Positions 9,916 to 20,200 of a DNA stretch of 64,000 bases are shown piece by piece (position 1 is the first letter of the stretch; every line of letters begins with the position of its first letter). The notes beneath the pieces were generated by a model that was given only the letters and a program-made list of their open reading frames with translations, made no database searches and was not told the origin of the DNA. The position numbers and the translations under genes are program-made. The stretch spans positions 544 through 64,543 of the forward strand of contig JABDHJ010000011.1 in NCBI GenBank assembly GCA_013285645.1. The letters run 5' to 3'. The stretch comes from Verrucomicrobiota bacterium. GTDB lineage: Bacteria > Verrucomicrobiota > Verrucomicrobiia > Methylacidiphilales > UBA1321.

Positions 9916-10218
9916 ATGCCAACGCTCACCTTAAAACGTTCAAATCGATACTTTGGTATGATGCGAACTCTCAAGATTGAGCTTAATCAAACTAAAATTA
10001 TTCCGCTTAGGTATGCCAGCGAACATCAGGTGGATCTTTCTGCGGGACATTACACTCTAGTTGCTCGAATGGACTGGACGAGCAGCGAACCCTTACGGAT
10101 CGACTTGGTCGAAGGTGATCATAAAACTGTCTTCGCAGACAGCCTTCCCTATCCGGCGGTATTGCTCGGATGTTTTATACCACCTTTTAAGATTTTCACT
10201 CTTGAGGAAATAGAATAA
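9916..10218 (+). CDS. Hypothetical protein (~100 aa, beta-rich)
   Basis: ATG 9916; AT-rich ORF filling the gap between the terminator and a convergent gene; GHYTLVARMDWTSSEP segment resembles small beta-sandwich hypotheticals. Confidence 0.6.
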   Translation: MPTLTLKRSNRYFGMMRTLKIELNQTKIIPLRYASEHQVDLSAGHYTLVARMDWTSSEPLRIDLVEGDHKTVFADSLPYPAVLLGCFIPPFKIFTLEEIE

Positions 10219-10228
10219 AGAGCTCGTA

Positions 10229-11302
10229 TTACGTCGCGTGGACGCGATGGGAGAGAAATGACACGATGGCGGGCGCGCGTTCCATGACGCGAAGGATGCG
10301 CACGGTATAGCTGGGCGTGGTGAGGCCCCAGCGGACGAAGGCGTTGACCCAGACCTTGCGGCGATAGAGGCGGCGGTGGGAGCGATCGTATGACTTGAAG
10401 GCAGAGGCGATATCGCTTCGCGCCAGGGCCTTGATTGCGGCCTGGGCGGCAAGATGCCCCGTGGAAAGCGCGAAGGAAATCCCCTCCCCGGTGAACGGCT
10501 CGACGACGCGCGCGGCATCGCCGATGAGCCATACGCGACCGGTGCCGTTGCGGGCCGGGGCGCGCGTGATCGGGTTCATGCGAAGCCAGTCCTGCTCCAT
10601 GAACCGCGGGAAAATGCGGCGCGCGAGCAGAAACGGATCCTGCGTGCGGCGCGAATCGAGCACCATGCTGATGACTGCGTGCGTGGGGCTGTAGCGGCAG
10701 TAACCGAAGTAGCCCTCCTCGAAAAGGTGCATGTGAACTTGGTTGTCCAGATCGGCCGGAGCCGGAATCGATGTCTGCCATGCAACGCGATGACAACGAC
10801 GCGGCGGCGGCATGAGGCCGCTTTGTCGCGCAACGAGGGAGTTGCGTCCATCCGCGCCGAAGATGAGTTTTCCGGTGAATTCACCGCGCGAAGTTTGCAC
10901 CGTGCCTCGATTGGGATCGACACCGGTGACTGTCGTCTCGGGAAAGAATTCTGCCCCGGCGGCTTGGGCTTCGCGGCAGAGCCAGTCGTCCAGGACCTCA
11001 CGGGCGATAGCGCGGGGAGCGCGACGACGGGAATGAAAAGTTTGTTCGAAAACAAAACGGCCCTCGCAATTCACCGTGAATCCAGTGACCTCATGGTGCG
11101 GCAATGCCTCGTATGATTCGGTCAGGCCCAATTGCTGCCAAATGTCCCAGGCAACGGGATTGACGCAGTTGCCGCAGACCTTCGTGCGGGGAAATGCCGC
11201 GCGGTCCAGCAACGCCACGCGATGCCCTGCCCGCGCCAGGACCAGCGCGGCCAGCGACCCGGCCGGCGCGGCGCCAACGATGACTACGTCGTGGGAGGAC
11301 AT
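10229..11302 (-). CDS. FAD-dependent oxidoreductase, geranylgeranyl-reductase-like
   Basis: DVVIVGAAPAGS, FPRTKVCG, IFGADGRNS, LIGDAARVVEPFTGEGI. Confidence 0.88.
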   Translation of the reverse strand: MSSHDVVIVGAAPAGSLAALVLARAGHRVALLDRAAFPRTKVCGNCVNPVAWDIWQQLGLTESYEALPHHEVTGFTVNCEGRFVFEQTFHSRRRAPRAIAREVLDDWLCREAQAAGAEFFPETTVTGVDPNRGTVQTSRGEFTGKLIFGADGRNSLVARQSGLMPPPRRCHRVAWQTSIPAPADLDNQVHMHLFEEGYFGYCRYSPTHAVISMVLDSRRTQDPFLLARRIFPRFMEQDWLRMNPITRAPARNGTGRVWLIGDAARVVEPFTGEGISFALSTGHLAAQAAIKALARSDIASAFKSYDRSHRRLYRRKVWVNAFVRWGLTTPSYTVRILRVMERAPAIVSFLSHRVHAT

Positions 11303-11390
11303 GCGTCAATTTACGCAGCAAGATGTCATTTGCGCCAGTGAATCAGTTATGCCGAAACCTTCCAAAAACAATCCGTCATCATGAGGGAAA

Positions 11391-12671
11391 TCAGAACACC
11401 CTTTCCGGAACGCTGATGCTGTCGTCGGGTTGCACCTCAAAAGCATCGGTACTTGAATCTTTTGCCAGCTTCTTGGCGTTAACGGGTAAAATAACATTCT
11501 TTCCATCCACGATCCGGCGGACAGTGATATGGGCAGTGTCGGCTTCCTCGGTAAATCCACCAGCCAAGGCAATGGCCCCGAGCAAGTCCAATCCGCCCTC
11601 TGGCGGTATTTTGACTTTCCCTGGAGTTTTAACTTGTCCCAAAATGGTGATCAATTGTTTGGCAAATTTGACCGTAATCGTATCGCCCGCCAGAACCATG
11701 AAGGCTTTGACATCGGTATCTCTTGCGAGTTGCTTCGCGTTCACCGTAAGCATGGTGTCCCGCCCGTTAACAGTACGGCGAATGTCGATATGGTCCGTAT
11801 CGGCATCCGGTGTATAACCGCCAGCCAGCGCGATGGCTCCCAGCAAATCGAGTTCCCCTTCTGTGGGCAGGTTGACTTTGCCGGGGGTCTTTACTTCTCC
11901 CAGGATCGTCAGCCACCGCTTCACGTAGGGAACGGTGATGGCATCTCCCGGCAGGATGATGCAGGGTTTTGCGCCCGGGTTTCGGGAGAGATCCGTTGCG
12001 TTGACATTTACAATAGTCTCCTGGCCCTTGACCATGCGTCGAATTTGAATGTTGGTGGCCTCCGAGTTGGGAGTGAAACCTCCGGAGAGTGCGATGACGG
12101 AAAGCAGGTCCAATCCGCTATCTGAGGGAAGCTCGACATTTCCCGGTTTTTGCACCTCGCCCAAAACGGTTACCCACAGCTTGGAATAGTCGATAACCGC
12201 CACCGTGACTTCCGGATCTTTGATATATTTTTGGGCCAGCAGTGAACGGATTTGCGCCTGGGCTTCGGCGACAGTTTTGTCCTTCACCTGAATCGAGCCG
12301 ATCAGGGGAAACATAATGGCTCCCCCTTCGGGGATGCGAACTTCCGTCTTCAAGTCCTCCTCTTGGAAGACGGTAATTTGGATAAGGTCGCCGCTACGCA
12401 AATGATAATTTTCTGTCCGTAGCGGCGTGTTTTGAGAAGGCGTGGGTTCCGTTGGGGCTGGAGCTGCAGGTGGCGTGGTGCTATCCACGGGAGTGGGAAT
12501 GGAAGTGAGAGCAGAGGCCGTGCTTTCCTGTCCGAGACTGCTTTGGGTAATGGCGCAGGTCAGTATTACCAACACAAAGAGCTGCCAACAAACCCTGCCG
12601 AAAATCCCGAACGATGGGATTTTCGGCCTATTTATCGACCCAATTTCCTTAGTGAGATTAAAAACAATCAT
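11391..12671 (-). CDS. Polysaccharide biosynthesis/export (OPX-like) protein with three SLBB repeats; start uncertain (ORF opens at 12704)
   Basis: Poly_export segment YHLRSGDLIQITVFQEEDL...IMFPLIG; three ~85 aa repeats (LG(E/Q)VxxPG...LDLLxxIALxGG...GD); ends VPERVF. Confidence 0.85.
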   Translation of the reverse strand: MIVFNLTKEIGSINRPKIPSFGIFGRVCWQLFVLVILTCAITQSSLGQESTASALTSIPTPVDSTTPPAAPAPTEPTPSQNTPLRTENYHLRSGDLIQITVFQEEDLKTEVRIPEGGAIMFPLIGSIQVKDKTVAEAQAQIRSLLAQKYIKDPEVTVAVIDYSKLWVTVLGEVQKPGNVELPSDSGLDLLSVIALSGGFTPNSEATNIQIRRMVKGQETIVNVNATDLSRNPGAKPCIILPGDAITVPYVKRWLTILGEVKTPGKVNLPTEGELDLLGAIALAGGYTPDADTDHIDIRRTVNGRDTMLTVNAKQLARDTDVKAFMVLAGDTITVKFAKQLITILGQVKTPGKVKIPPEGGLDLLGAIALAGGFTEEADTAHITVRRIVDGKNVILPVNAKKLAKDSSTDAFEVQPDDSISVPERVF

Positions 12672-12794
12672 CGGTAACACCTTAAATCTCCAAGTTCTTC
12701 CCACAGATTGACGTTTTCTGCGATCTTTCTTTTCGTGGGCGTTCTACCTCTCGTATGAAAGCAGGCCGGGCCATGAATGCGGGCCTCTCCGACC

Positions 12795-13055
12795 TCAAAA
12801 ATTCGCGGGATTCTTCAGGAGCTTCGGAGCAAGCTTGGAAAACTGGGTTTTATTAAGGGTTTCACAGACGATTCCGAATTGCTTGCGGACTTCATCCGTT
12901 CCCTTGTAAGGCGGGATGTTTTGGGCGGCGAAATCCGCATCGATCTCGATCCACAACGTCTGAATGGGGCCGAAATTGAGTTCGCGCCCCTTGGCGGCCA
13001 ATTCCGCGCCGTTCAGCAAGAGCACGCGGGTTTGTTCATCGGCATGCAGGGTCAT
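12795..13055 (-). CDS. Hypothetical protein (86 aa)
   Basis: Co-oriented with both neighbours, fills the gap, protein-like composition; no motif recognised. Confidence 0.45.
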   Translation of the reverse strand: MTLHADEQTRVLLLNGAELAAKGRELNFGPIQTLWIEIDADFAAQNIPPYKGTDEVRKQFGIVCETLNKTQFSKLAPKLLKNPANF

Positions 13056-13188
13056 GAAACGCTGGAGATACCAATCTTTCTGGCCGGGCGCACCCCAACC
13101 GTCGAGCGCACTGGTGGTCCGGATCAGGGCGGCAAAACACCTTCGGGCTCAGGAGCTTTGCAGAATTCGAGTCAGGCGAATTACGGAT

Positions 13189-16100
13189 TTATTCCTTTTT
13201 CAACAAAAACACCTTCGCTGATTTTTTTTCCAAGGATGATTCCACGTTCAATAGTGCGGGATAATCTTGCGGAGGAATGATGGCAGGAGACGTCTCGAAA
13301 TTGTCCGTCATGACGAATTTCCCGGTCGTGGTTGACGACGTCGTCTGCGCTTTTCCCGCGCCAGCGGGAGCATCCAGACTTTCACTCTTGGGCGTGACAA
13401 CCACGTCTTGGAATCCAGGTGGCAATTCGATCTCGGTGCGAACGCTACTTTTTTTCGACCCTGAAAGCATGAGCGGCAGACTGCGCTGATCGCCTCCCGG
13501 CAATTGAAAGAGCGATGGCGTGAACGGTAAATCGAAGTAGAGATAATTGCCGTCCACCACCGCATAGTTATCGAGGTCCACTGTGAACTGCTCGGTGCCT
13601 GGATAGGTGTCGAATTGAGTGGTCAAATCCCCCACCGGTCGCGCGCCCTGGGCGACGTTTGAAACCAATTCCTGATAGTACCGTTTCCGTTCTTCCGGGC
13701 GCAGTTCTGAAAAATAGCGGTTCTTCGTGTTATACCCAGTTCCGAAAAAATGCTCCGTGATTCCCATCCGCAGATTGCCGCTGTCCGCGAGCGAGAGCGT
13801 GTAAACCGTTTCCGTCCTGTCCTGGTCATTCGGGGCGGCGGCAATCACCTCGTAAGCCTGGGTGGAGAGGTCGACTCCCATCCTGTCGTCGTGCGTGGTC
13901 GAACCCAGCACGGCGTACTCATCGGTATCGTTGAGATAATAGGTGGTTCCATCCTGCGTGACTTTCACGAGAGGCGCATCAAAACTTTCGGGCAACGGAA
14001 ACGACGAGGCGGTTTTTTGGATTCCATCGACTGGCGGCAGGTTCGAGGCCAGCACAAGTTCGGGTTGAAATCCCGCCGCGGTGAGCATGGCGTGGAGCAG
14101 GATGGCGCGGTCGGCTGCATGGCCATAACCGTCCGCCAGCGTGGTATCAGCCGCCGATAATTCGCTCAAAGGAAGTTCCGTGAAGGAAGGTCCCGCCAGC
14201 CTGATGGACTTGGCCACGAAATCGCGAATCGCCTTGATCGAATCGAGTTTGCTCTTGCTCGCGGCGGTGATCTGCCGGGTCAGTTCGTCGACCTTTGTGC
14301 GGGACTGCGACCGGGCCTGCATCGCGTCGTTCAGGTCCTTGAGATAGGCTTTGAAATCGCCTGCGAAGTAAGCGACGCCGGGCGTGTAAGTCCAATCGGG
14401 CGGCACTTGCGTTTCGGCGGGAAGCGCCTTCATCTTTTCCGCTTTCCAAAGATAGATTTGCGACATCTTATCGTGCGTCGGAGGTTCAGCTTGAAGCGGG
14501 CTGCTTCCGGTGGCCAATGTCTGCATCGTGAAGCCAGCCGGGGTGGTGATTCGAAATGATTTCTGCTGGAGTTCATCGACGAGTTGGAACGGTTCAAATC
14601 CGGCGACGAAGAGCGTGCCCTTCATCTTGATTTCAAACTCCACCTCGATGGTCGATCCGATGTCGACACCAGGCAGATTGGCGACGAGAATTTTTCCGCC
14701 GGTGTATCGTTTCGCCGAGGCGCTCCAGTCCGCGTCCATGACGTTCATCTCAACCTTGGATATTTCCTGGCGCTGGCCTGTTTTTGAGGTCACCACGCCG
14801 CGAATGAACGTGGCTTCTTCGCAAGACGGATTGTAACTCATCTTGACCTCGGCCTCCCTGATTTTGCCGGCATAAGTAAGAATGCGCTTCGAGTATTTCA
14901 CCTTGTAGACGGCGTTATGCGCGTCAGTCACGTCCAGTTCCTTTTGACTGTCCAGGATGATCGCATTGGATTCGACGGGAGGTGTCGAGGACGGAGCAGT
15001 TTCCACTTCGGGCGTCGCCGCTGCGTTAGGCGCCAGGGCCAGTACCGGCGATTTTCTGGCGTCATATTCCAAGTCTTTGAGCGTCTTTTTCAGTTCCGCA
15101 TATTGTGCGGGCGCGAACTCGACCACTTTGAGTTTCAAGACGCGTGAGCACTCCAGCGTTCCATCTTTCACCTCGAAATTCTCGTGATAGCTCACGCCCT
15201 CGTCTTCGACCGGCGCGCAGATCGGCATCGCATCGGACCCGGCAAACCCATCGCCCAATTTGAGCGAGATTTGCTCGTCAAGACCACAGGCGACCTGTGT
15301 CTGCAGCGGGTACTTTCGTTGATCCAGGCCGGTGCCCTTGAGAATAAAATTCACCACGCCCATGTCGTTGCCAATCCATGGCACGCTTACCACGGCTTTC
15401 CCGTTGCCAGTCGCTGTCATGCCGCTTACGGAAAACTCGATTTCGGCGTGGAGTTCCGTCGAGACGTCGAGCATGTTCTCCGGCGTCACTTTCAGGGACG
15501 TGAGCCGGGCTCCCGGCATCGCCCGTTTCAGGCAAAGTTCAAAGTAGCGGCGCAGGTCATCCGCCTTCATGTGGGAAAATCCGTTCCGGTAAATATCGTC
15601 GTTGGATCCGTCGAACCAGAGTTCTGACTTGGCATCCAGTTCCCCCGAAGCCGACAGCGTCCCGGTCGTCTTGATCCGCATCATATTCTCTTCCGGCGGA
15701 ATGATTGCGCTGACTTGAAGATCCTCCCCTTCCGGTCGTGCGACCAGGAAGCTTTGGTCGCGATCGTGCAGCGGCAGGAAATCGCGGGCATGCTCGTCGG
15801 TCGGGTCCATGAGGATGTATTCACCTTTTTTCAACTCCACTCCAACGATGGCATGGTTGAAACCGGCATCCGGGACGTCTTTATCTTTCTTCGATCCAAC
15901 ACTGACCAGCACCGGGTAGGCATTCAGGCCAGCGGTTCGCAACATCGCGACGAGCAGACCCGCTTTGTCCCGGCAAACGCCATATTTTTTTCCGAAGGTC
16001 AGGCAGACATCGTGCGGCTCATAGCCGGGACGATCCTTCTCCGGGGTCAGTCCCATGTAACGGATTTTCTGCGACACGTAGTAGAACAACGCTTTCATTT

Positions 16101-17025
16101 TATCCATGTCGGTCTTTGCACCGGCGGTGAGATCGGCCACGGTCTTCTTCAATTCGGGCGAGGTCGCATCGAGATGCGGCTTGCTCAAGACCCAATACCA
16201 TTTGGATACGTCGCGCCAATCAGGCGTGGTGCTGACCAAAACCCGTTGCAGAACGTTCTCATACGGCGGCATCGATGGCTCCGCGTACATGCGCGAGACG
16301 TTGTTCACCTCCCAGCGATGCACCAAAGTCTGGTTCTCGCCGGGTTGCGTGGTGTAGTGCACCGTTCCGGGGACCTCGTCCCGCAGGACGATTTTCTTGA
16401 GCGGTTTGTCGAGCGGCGCGTGCACTTCGTAGACCAGATGCCGGATGTAGCCGTCTCCTTCAAAAACATTTTCATCGGCAAACTCGCCCGGGATAATCGG
16501 GCGCAGGGTGGTGGTGCGCGTCACATAGTGCACAACGTCGCCGATCTCGAGATCCGGGATATTCACCTGGAGAATCTTGCTGTTCGGGTCGTAGATGTTC
16601 TCCTCCATCTGACTCGTATCGATTGTCACCTTGGAGTTGGCCGCCACGTTCACCGGCACCACTTCGCCCGTGGCCTTGATCACTTCCAGCTTTGTCATTT
16701 CCGCCGTGGAATAGGGCAGCATAAATCCCAACGAAAGCGTGCGGCGGTCCCGTTTCCCTTTTTCGGTCAGTACCTTGACGAATCCTTCGTCCTGATTTTC
16801 CCCCGTGCCGTCCTTCCGATAATCCTCCACGATTTTTTCCTCTACCGTCGCCTCGTCGGAATCCGGGTACATGGTCGGCGTGATGCCAGCAGCCGCCTCC
16901 ATTACTTTCTTCTCGTCGACGAGCGCCCAGATACTCCCCGCATAGCGGTCCGTGTCTCCACGCGCCGGACATATAACCAGCGCCAGGGACAGAAAAATAT
17001 ATAACCGAAAAAATCGAATCTTCAT
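13189..17025 (-). CDS. Exported protein with two tandem DUF3857 + transglutaminase-like modules
   Basis: Signal peptide MKIRFFRLYIFLSLALVICPARG (ATG 17025). Module 1: PDLEIGDVVHY, YGVCRDKA, FNHAI, MDPT. Module 2: PGVDIGSTIE, YGHAADRA. Confidence 0.85.
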   Translation of the reverse strand: MKIRFFRLYIFLSLALVICPARGDTDRYAGSIWALVDEKKVMEAAAGITPTMYPDSDEATVEEKIVEDYRKDGTGENQDEGFVKVLTEKGKRDRRTLSLGFMLPYSTAEMTKLEVIKATGEVVPVNVAANSKVTIDTSQMEENIYDPNSKILQVNIPDLEIGDVVHYVTRTTTLRPIIPGEFADENVFEGDGYIRHLVYEVHAPLDKPLKKIVLRDEVPGTVHYTTQPGENQTLVHRWEVNNVSRMYAEPSMPPYENVLQRVLVSTTPDWRDVSKWYWVLSKPHLDATSPELKKTVADLTAGAKTDMDKMKALFYYVSQKIRYMGLTPEKDRPGYEPHDVCLTFGKKYGVCRDKAGLLVAMLRTAGLNAYPVLVSVGSKKDKDVPDAGFNHAIVGVELKKGEYILMDPTDEHARDFLPLHDRDQSFLVARPEGEDLQVSAIIPPEENMMRIKTTGTLSASGELDAKSELWFDGSNDDIYRNGFSHMKADDLRRYFELCLKRAMPGARLTSLKVTPENMLDVSTELHAEIEFSVSGMTATGNGKAVVSVPWIGNDMGVVNFILKGTGLDQRKYPLQTQVACGLDEQISLKLGDGFAGSDAMPICAPVEDEGVSYHENFEVKDGTLECSRVLKLKVVEFAPAQYAELKKTLKDLEYDARKSPVLALAPNAAATPEVETAPSSTPPVESNAIILDSQKELDVTDAHNAVYKVKYSKRILTYAGKIREAEVKMSYNPSCEEATFIRGVVTSKTGQRQEISKVEMNVMDADWSASAKRYTGGKILVANLPGVDIGSTIEVEFEIKMKGTLFVAGFEPFQLVDELQQKSFRITTPAGFTMQTLATGSSPLQAEPPTHDKMSQIYLWKAEKMKALPAETQVPPDWTYTPGVAYFAGDFKAYLKDLNDAMQARSQSRTKVDELTRQITAASKSKLDSIKAIRDFVAKSIRLAGPSFTELPLSELSAADTTLADGYGHAADRAILLHAMLTAAGFQPELVLASNLPPVDGIQKTASSFPLPESFDAPLVKVTQDGTTYYLNDTDEYAVLGSTTHDDRMGVDLSTQAYEVIAAAPNDQDRTETVYTLSLADSGNLRMGITEHFFGTGYNTKNRYFSELRPEERKRYYQELVSNVAQGARPVGDLTTQFDTYPGTEQFTVDLDNYAVVDGNYLYFDLPFTPSLFQLPGGDQRSLPLMLSGSKKSSVRTEIELPPGFQDVVVTPKSESLDAPAGAGKAQTTSSTTTGKFVMTDNFETSPAIIPPQDYPALLNVESSLEKKSAKVFLLKKE

Positions 17026-17215
17026 CGATCCTGAGAATGGCAACGCGTGGCCACACGTAAAGACCACAGACCGGCATTTCTGATACGTAATCTCATTTCT
17101 GCTTTCCCGCGAGAACATCCGCCAGGGCTTGCGCAACTACAGCGCAAGACCGTGTGTTGTCACGATCTGCGCTTCAGGGTTATGCAGAAAAGCTATGCGT
17201 AAATCGGCGGAAAAA

Positions 17216-20200
17216 TCAGAACCCAATCTTCGCTCCGGCCTGGACCGACTGGCCGAAGTAGTTGGATTGTCCCGCTTGAGCCATGTAGTCCGTGAACACC
17301 GTAATGGTGTCGGTAACATCAATATTGATGCCGGCGTCCACCAGAGCTGATTCACGGCTTGGGTTATTGGTCTGCACGATGAACGAGCCGCCGCCGAAGC
17401 CATTGAACTGACTGGTGATCCCACGGGACTGGTCCATGAACTCGTGCTGCCACGAGGCGTCGAGGTGCGGATTAACATTGATACCGAACATCTTCGTGTT
17501 GAAGTCGACACGTCCGCCGAGACGGCTGCGCAACGAATCCGACTGGTCCTGGTTGACATTCAACGAAGCAGCCGAGCCACCTTCGTTGAAACCGTTCACT
17601 GTGAGATGAGTGTACTGCAACCCGATCAGCGGGCCGAAGGTCATCCCGCCACTGTGGAAGTCATAGCCGCCGTCCAGGTTGACCACGCCCTCGTTACCTT
17701 CCGAGGAACCCGTGGAGTTCTGACCGAGAAACGCAATGTTGCGGGTCTCACTGTAGGAATTGTAGGTGTAGGCACCCGAGAAGTTCGCGTACCAGCCTTT
17801 GTTGGCCCATGCGGCGTAGACTCCGGGAGAGTAACTATCGACATTCGCCGAACTGCCGTTGTTGTCGAGAGTCGCGGAAGTATTGGCGTAGCCCAACGTC
17901 GCGCCGATGAGGAAGTTCGGGCAAAGGCGATAATCGGTCCCGATCACCACGGACTCGGTGTTGTCATTGAAGTGCCCCACATCGGTTTGCGAGAAACCCT
18001 GGGCGAGGATGACATTGCCACGGACGAAGACGTTCCACGGATTGGTGTAGGCCGGTGCAGCCATCGACTTCATGTCCTTTTGGTCCTTCATTTCGACGCC
18101 ACCGAGTACCGCATCACCGCTGTCGCTGAGGAGGCCGGATTGGGGAGTGGGGCTCCAGGCCAGCAGTCGGCTGTGGACCTGAGCAAGAGCCGGATCATAG
18201 CTCGGATCATTCACCGTCAACCCGCTGGAATCGATGGTACCGTTACTGCCGACGAAGGTGCCGTTGGCTCCATGGCGCAGGCTATTCAGGTAGTTGTCCA
18301 TCGCCTGGGTCTCGAAGCTCGCGTTGTTGAATGCCGTCACGCTGGTGAACTTGGCGAACTGTTCCGGTGAGAGCTGATCCAGATTGCCGGGGAGTCCTGC
18401 AGGGCCACCATTATAGAGACCATCGACAACCTTGCCGAAGTTACCCGCCGTGTTGATCCCTTCCATGCGATCAAGGAAATTGGCGATCGTCTGTTGGTTG
18501 GGCGTCAGTCCCGGAGTTAAACCGAGGTACTGGCGGAACACCAATGTCACATCCGTAGGCGTGTAATCGAGGGTCCCAAAGAGGCCAGTAGGAATGACGA
18601 AATTACTCAGGCCAGTGACCGTTCCGAACGTTCCCATGATATTACCTGCGTTGTTGTGGATCAGGTCATAGGAAAGATCCGTGGAAGCCACTACACCACC
18701 ATTGAGAGAAAACAGATGCAGGGTCGAGGCTTGGTTCAACGACACAAAGTTACCTGAAACGACCAGGGCATCGTTGTCGTTGGTAGCGCCACCAAAGACG
18801 GCCAGTTGCAAAGCACCGCCGAACTGAGCATAACTGCCACCCACATTAATATCCATCGGCGAACCGGTGTGGCCCAGACGAAGAGTGCCGCCCGTGACCA
18901 CAACGTCACCTGAGCCCAGGGCGGTCGGACTGCCGACGATCAGTTCGCCGTTGTCCAGCGTCGTTCCAGCACTGTAGGTGTTATTGCCTTTAAGGTACAA
19001 GGCACCGTTGCCGATCTTGGTCAAGTAAAGGGCACCGCCGCCGTCGCCGTCCTGAATGGTGCCACGGAATTGGGTGCTGGTGTTGTCAGCGCCAACGGTG
19101 ATGCCGGCAACGCTTGCGCCTCCATTTTCAACCACGCCGTTGCCGGTAAGGCTCCCGATGGAATTGTTCTTTCCCATGATAGCCAGTGTACCGGTGGAAT
19201 TGACCACATAGCGGGAATTAGCATCGAGCACGAAGAAAGCGCCCGCGGCAAAGACGCCTTCGTTAATCGTGGTGTTGCCTGAGTAGTCACTGGCCCCGTA
19301 GAGGGTAAATGTGCCTGCGCCGTTCTTGACCACCTGGCCGCCCGGGATATCCAAACCATCGGTCAGGGCAGTGACGCCGACGCCACCGAAGTTGCCGCTA
19401 TTGAACGTCAACTGGCCGCCAGCCCCGATGGTTACGGTGCCCTCACCTGTAAGGCTATCGATCGTTTCCTGATGGCCATTCATTTCGAACCCTCCGTCCA
19501 CATTAAGATTCGCCGTGGTCGTGAGCTGATTGGATTGATCGAGTGTCACCACGGATCCTTGGGTGATCGACAAATCACCGGTGATCGCGCTGTGCGCCGG
19601 GGTGACGTTCAACTCGAGGTTGGCTTCGTTATCGACAATCATCGTGCCTACGTAAGTGCTGGCCGTATTGCCCGAAATAATGAAGTGGGACAGATCAGAT
19701 GAGTTGCCGATGCCCTGCAGGACAATTGAATTTCCGACGCCACCACCGGTGACCCCGCCGTTGAATTGGATTGAGCCCTGACTACCGGCCGTGCCATTGG
19801 TAACGACGATTGAAGTGGCAGAGTCGACGGGAGTCAGATTGACTGCGCCGTTTATCTGCAGATTTTCCGTGGGCAGAACGGTAAAGCTGATGTTGGCCGT
19901 GATGCCATTGGCGATGGAATAGGCGGCGTTGCTGGCCAGGACGTTGTTGGTGGTGCCGTTGATCAGGAGATTACCCGTTCCGAGCGCATTGGTGTTGCCG
20001 ATCGTCAGGCTTCCATTCTGCAAGTTCACCGAATAACCAGAGGAATTAGGCAGCAGATTGACGTTGTTTCCAGCCAGGAGGACATTGCCTGAAGTTGAAG
20101 TTGAAAAGTCGCCGATGACAAGCGTGGCGGCCCGGCTATTTGTACCGGCACCGGTGATCTGGCCATTCACAGTGATAAGACCTGGTCCCTCAAAACCGAG

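Noticed and set aside
12777-13280. 167-aa plus-strand ORF
   Set aside because: Overlaps the DUF3857 gene end and is antisense to a more plausible co-oriented 86-aa ORF.
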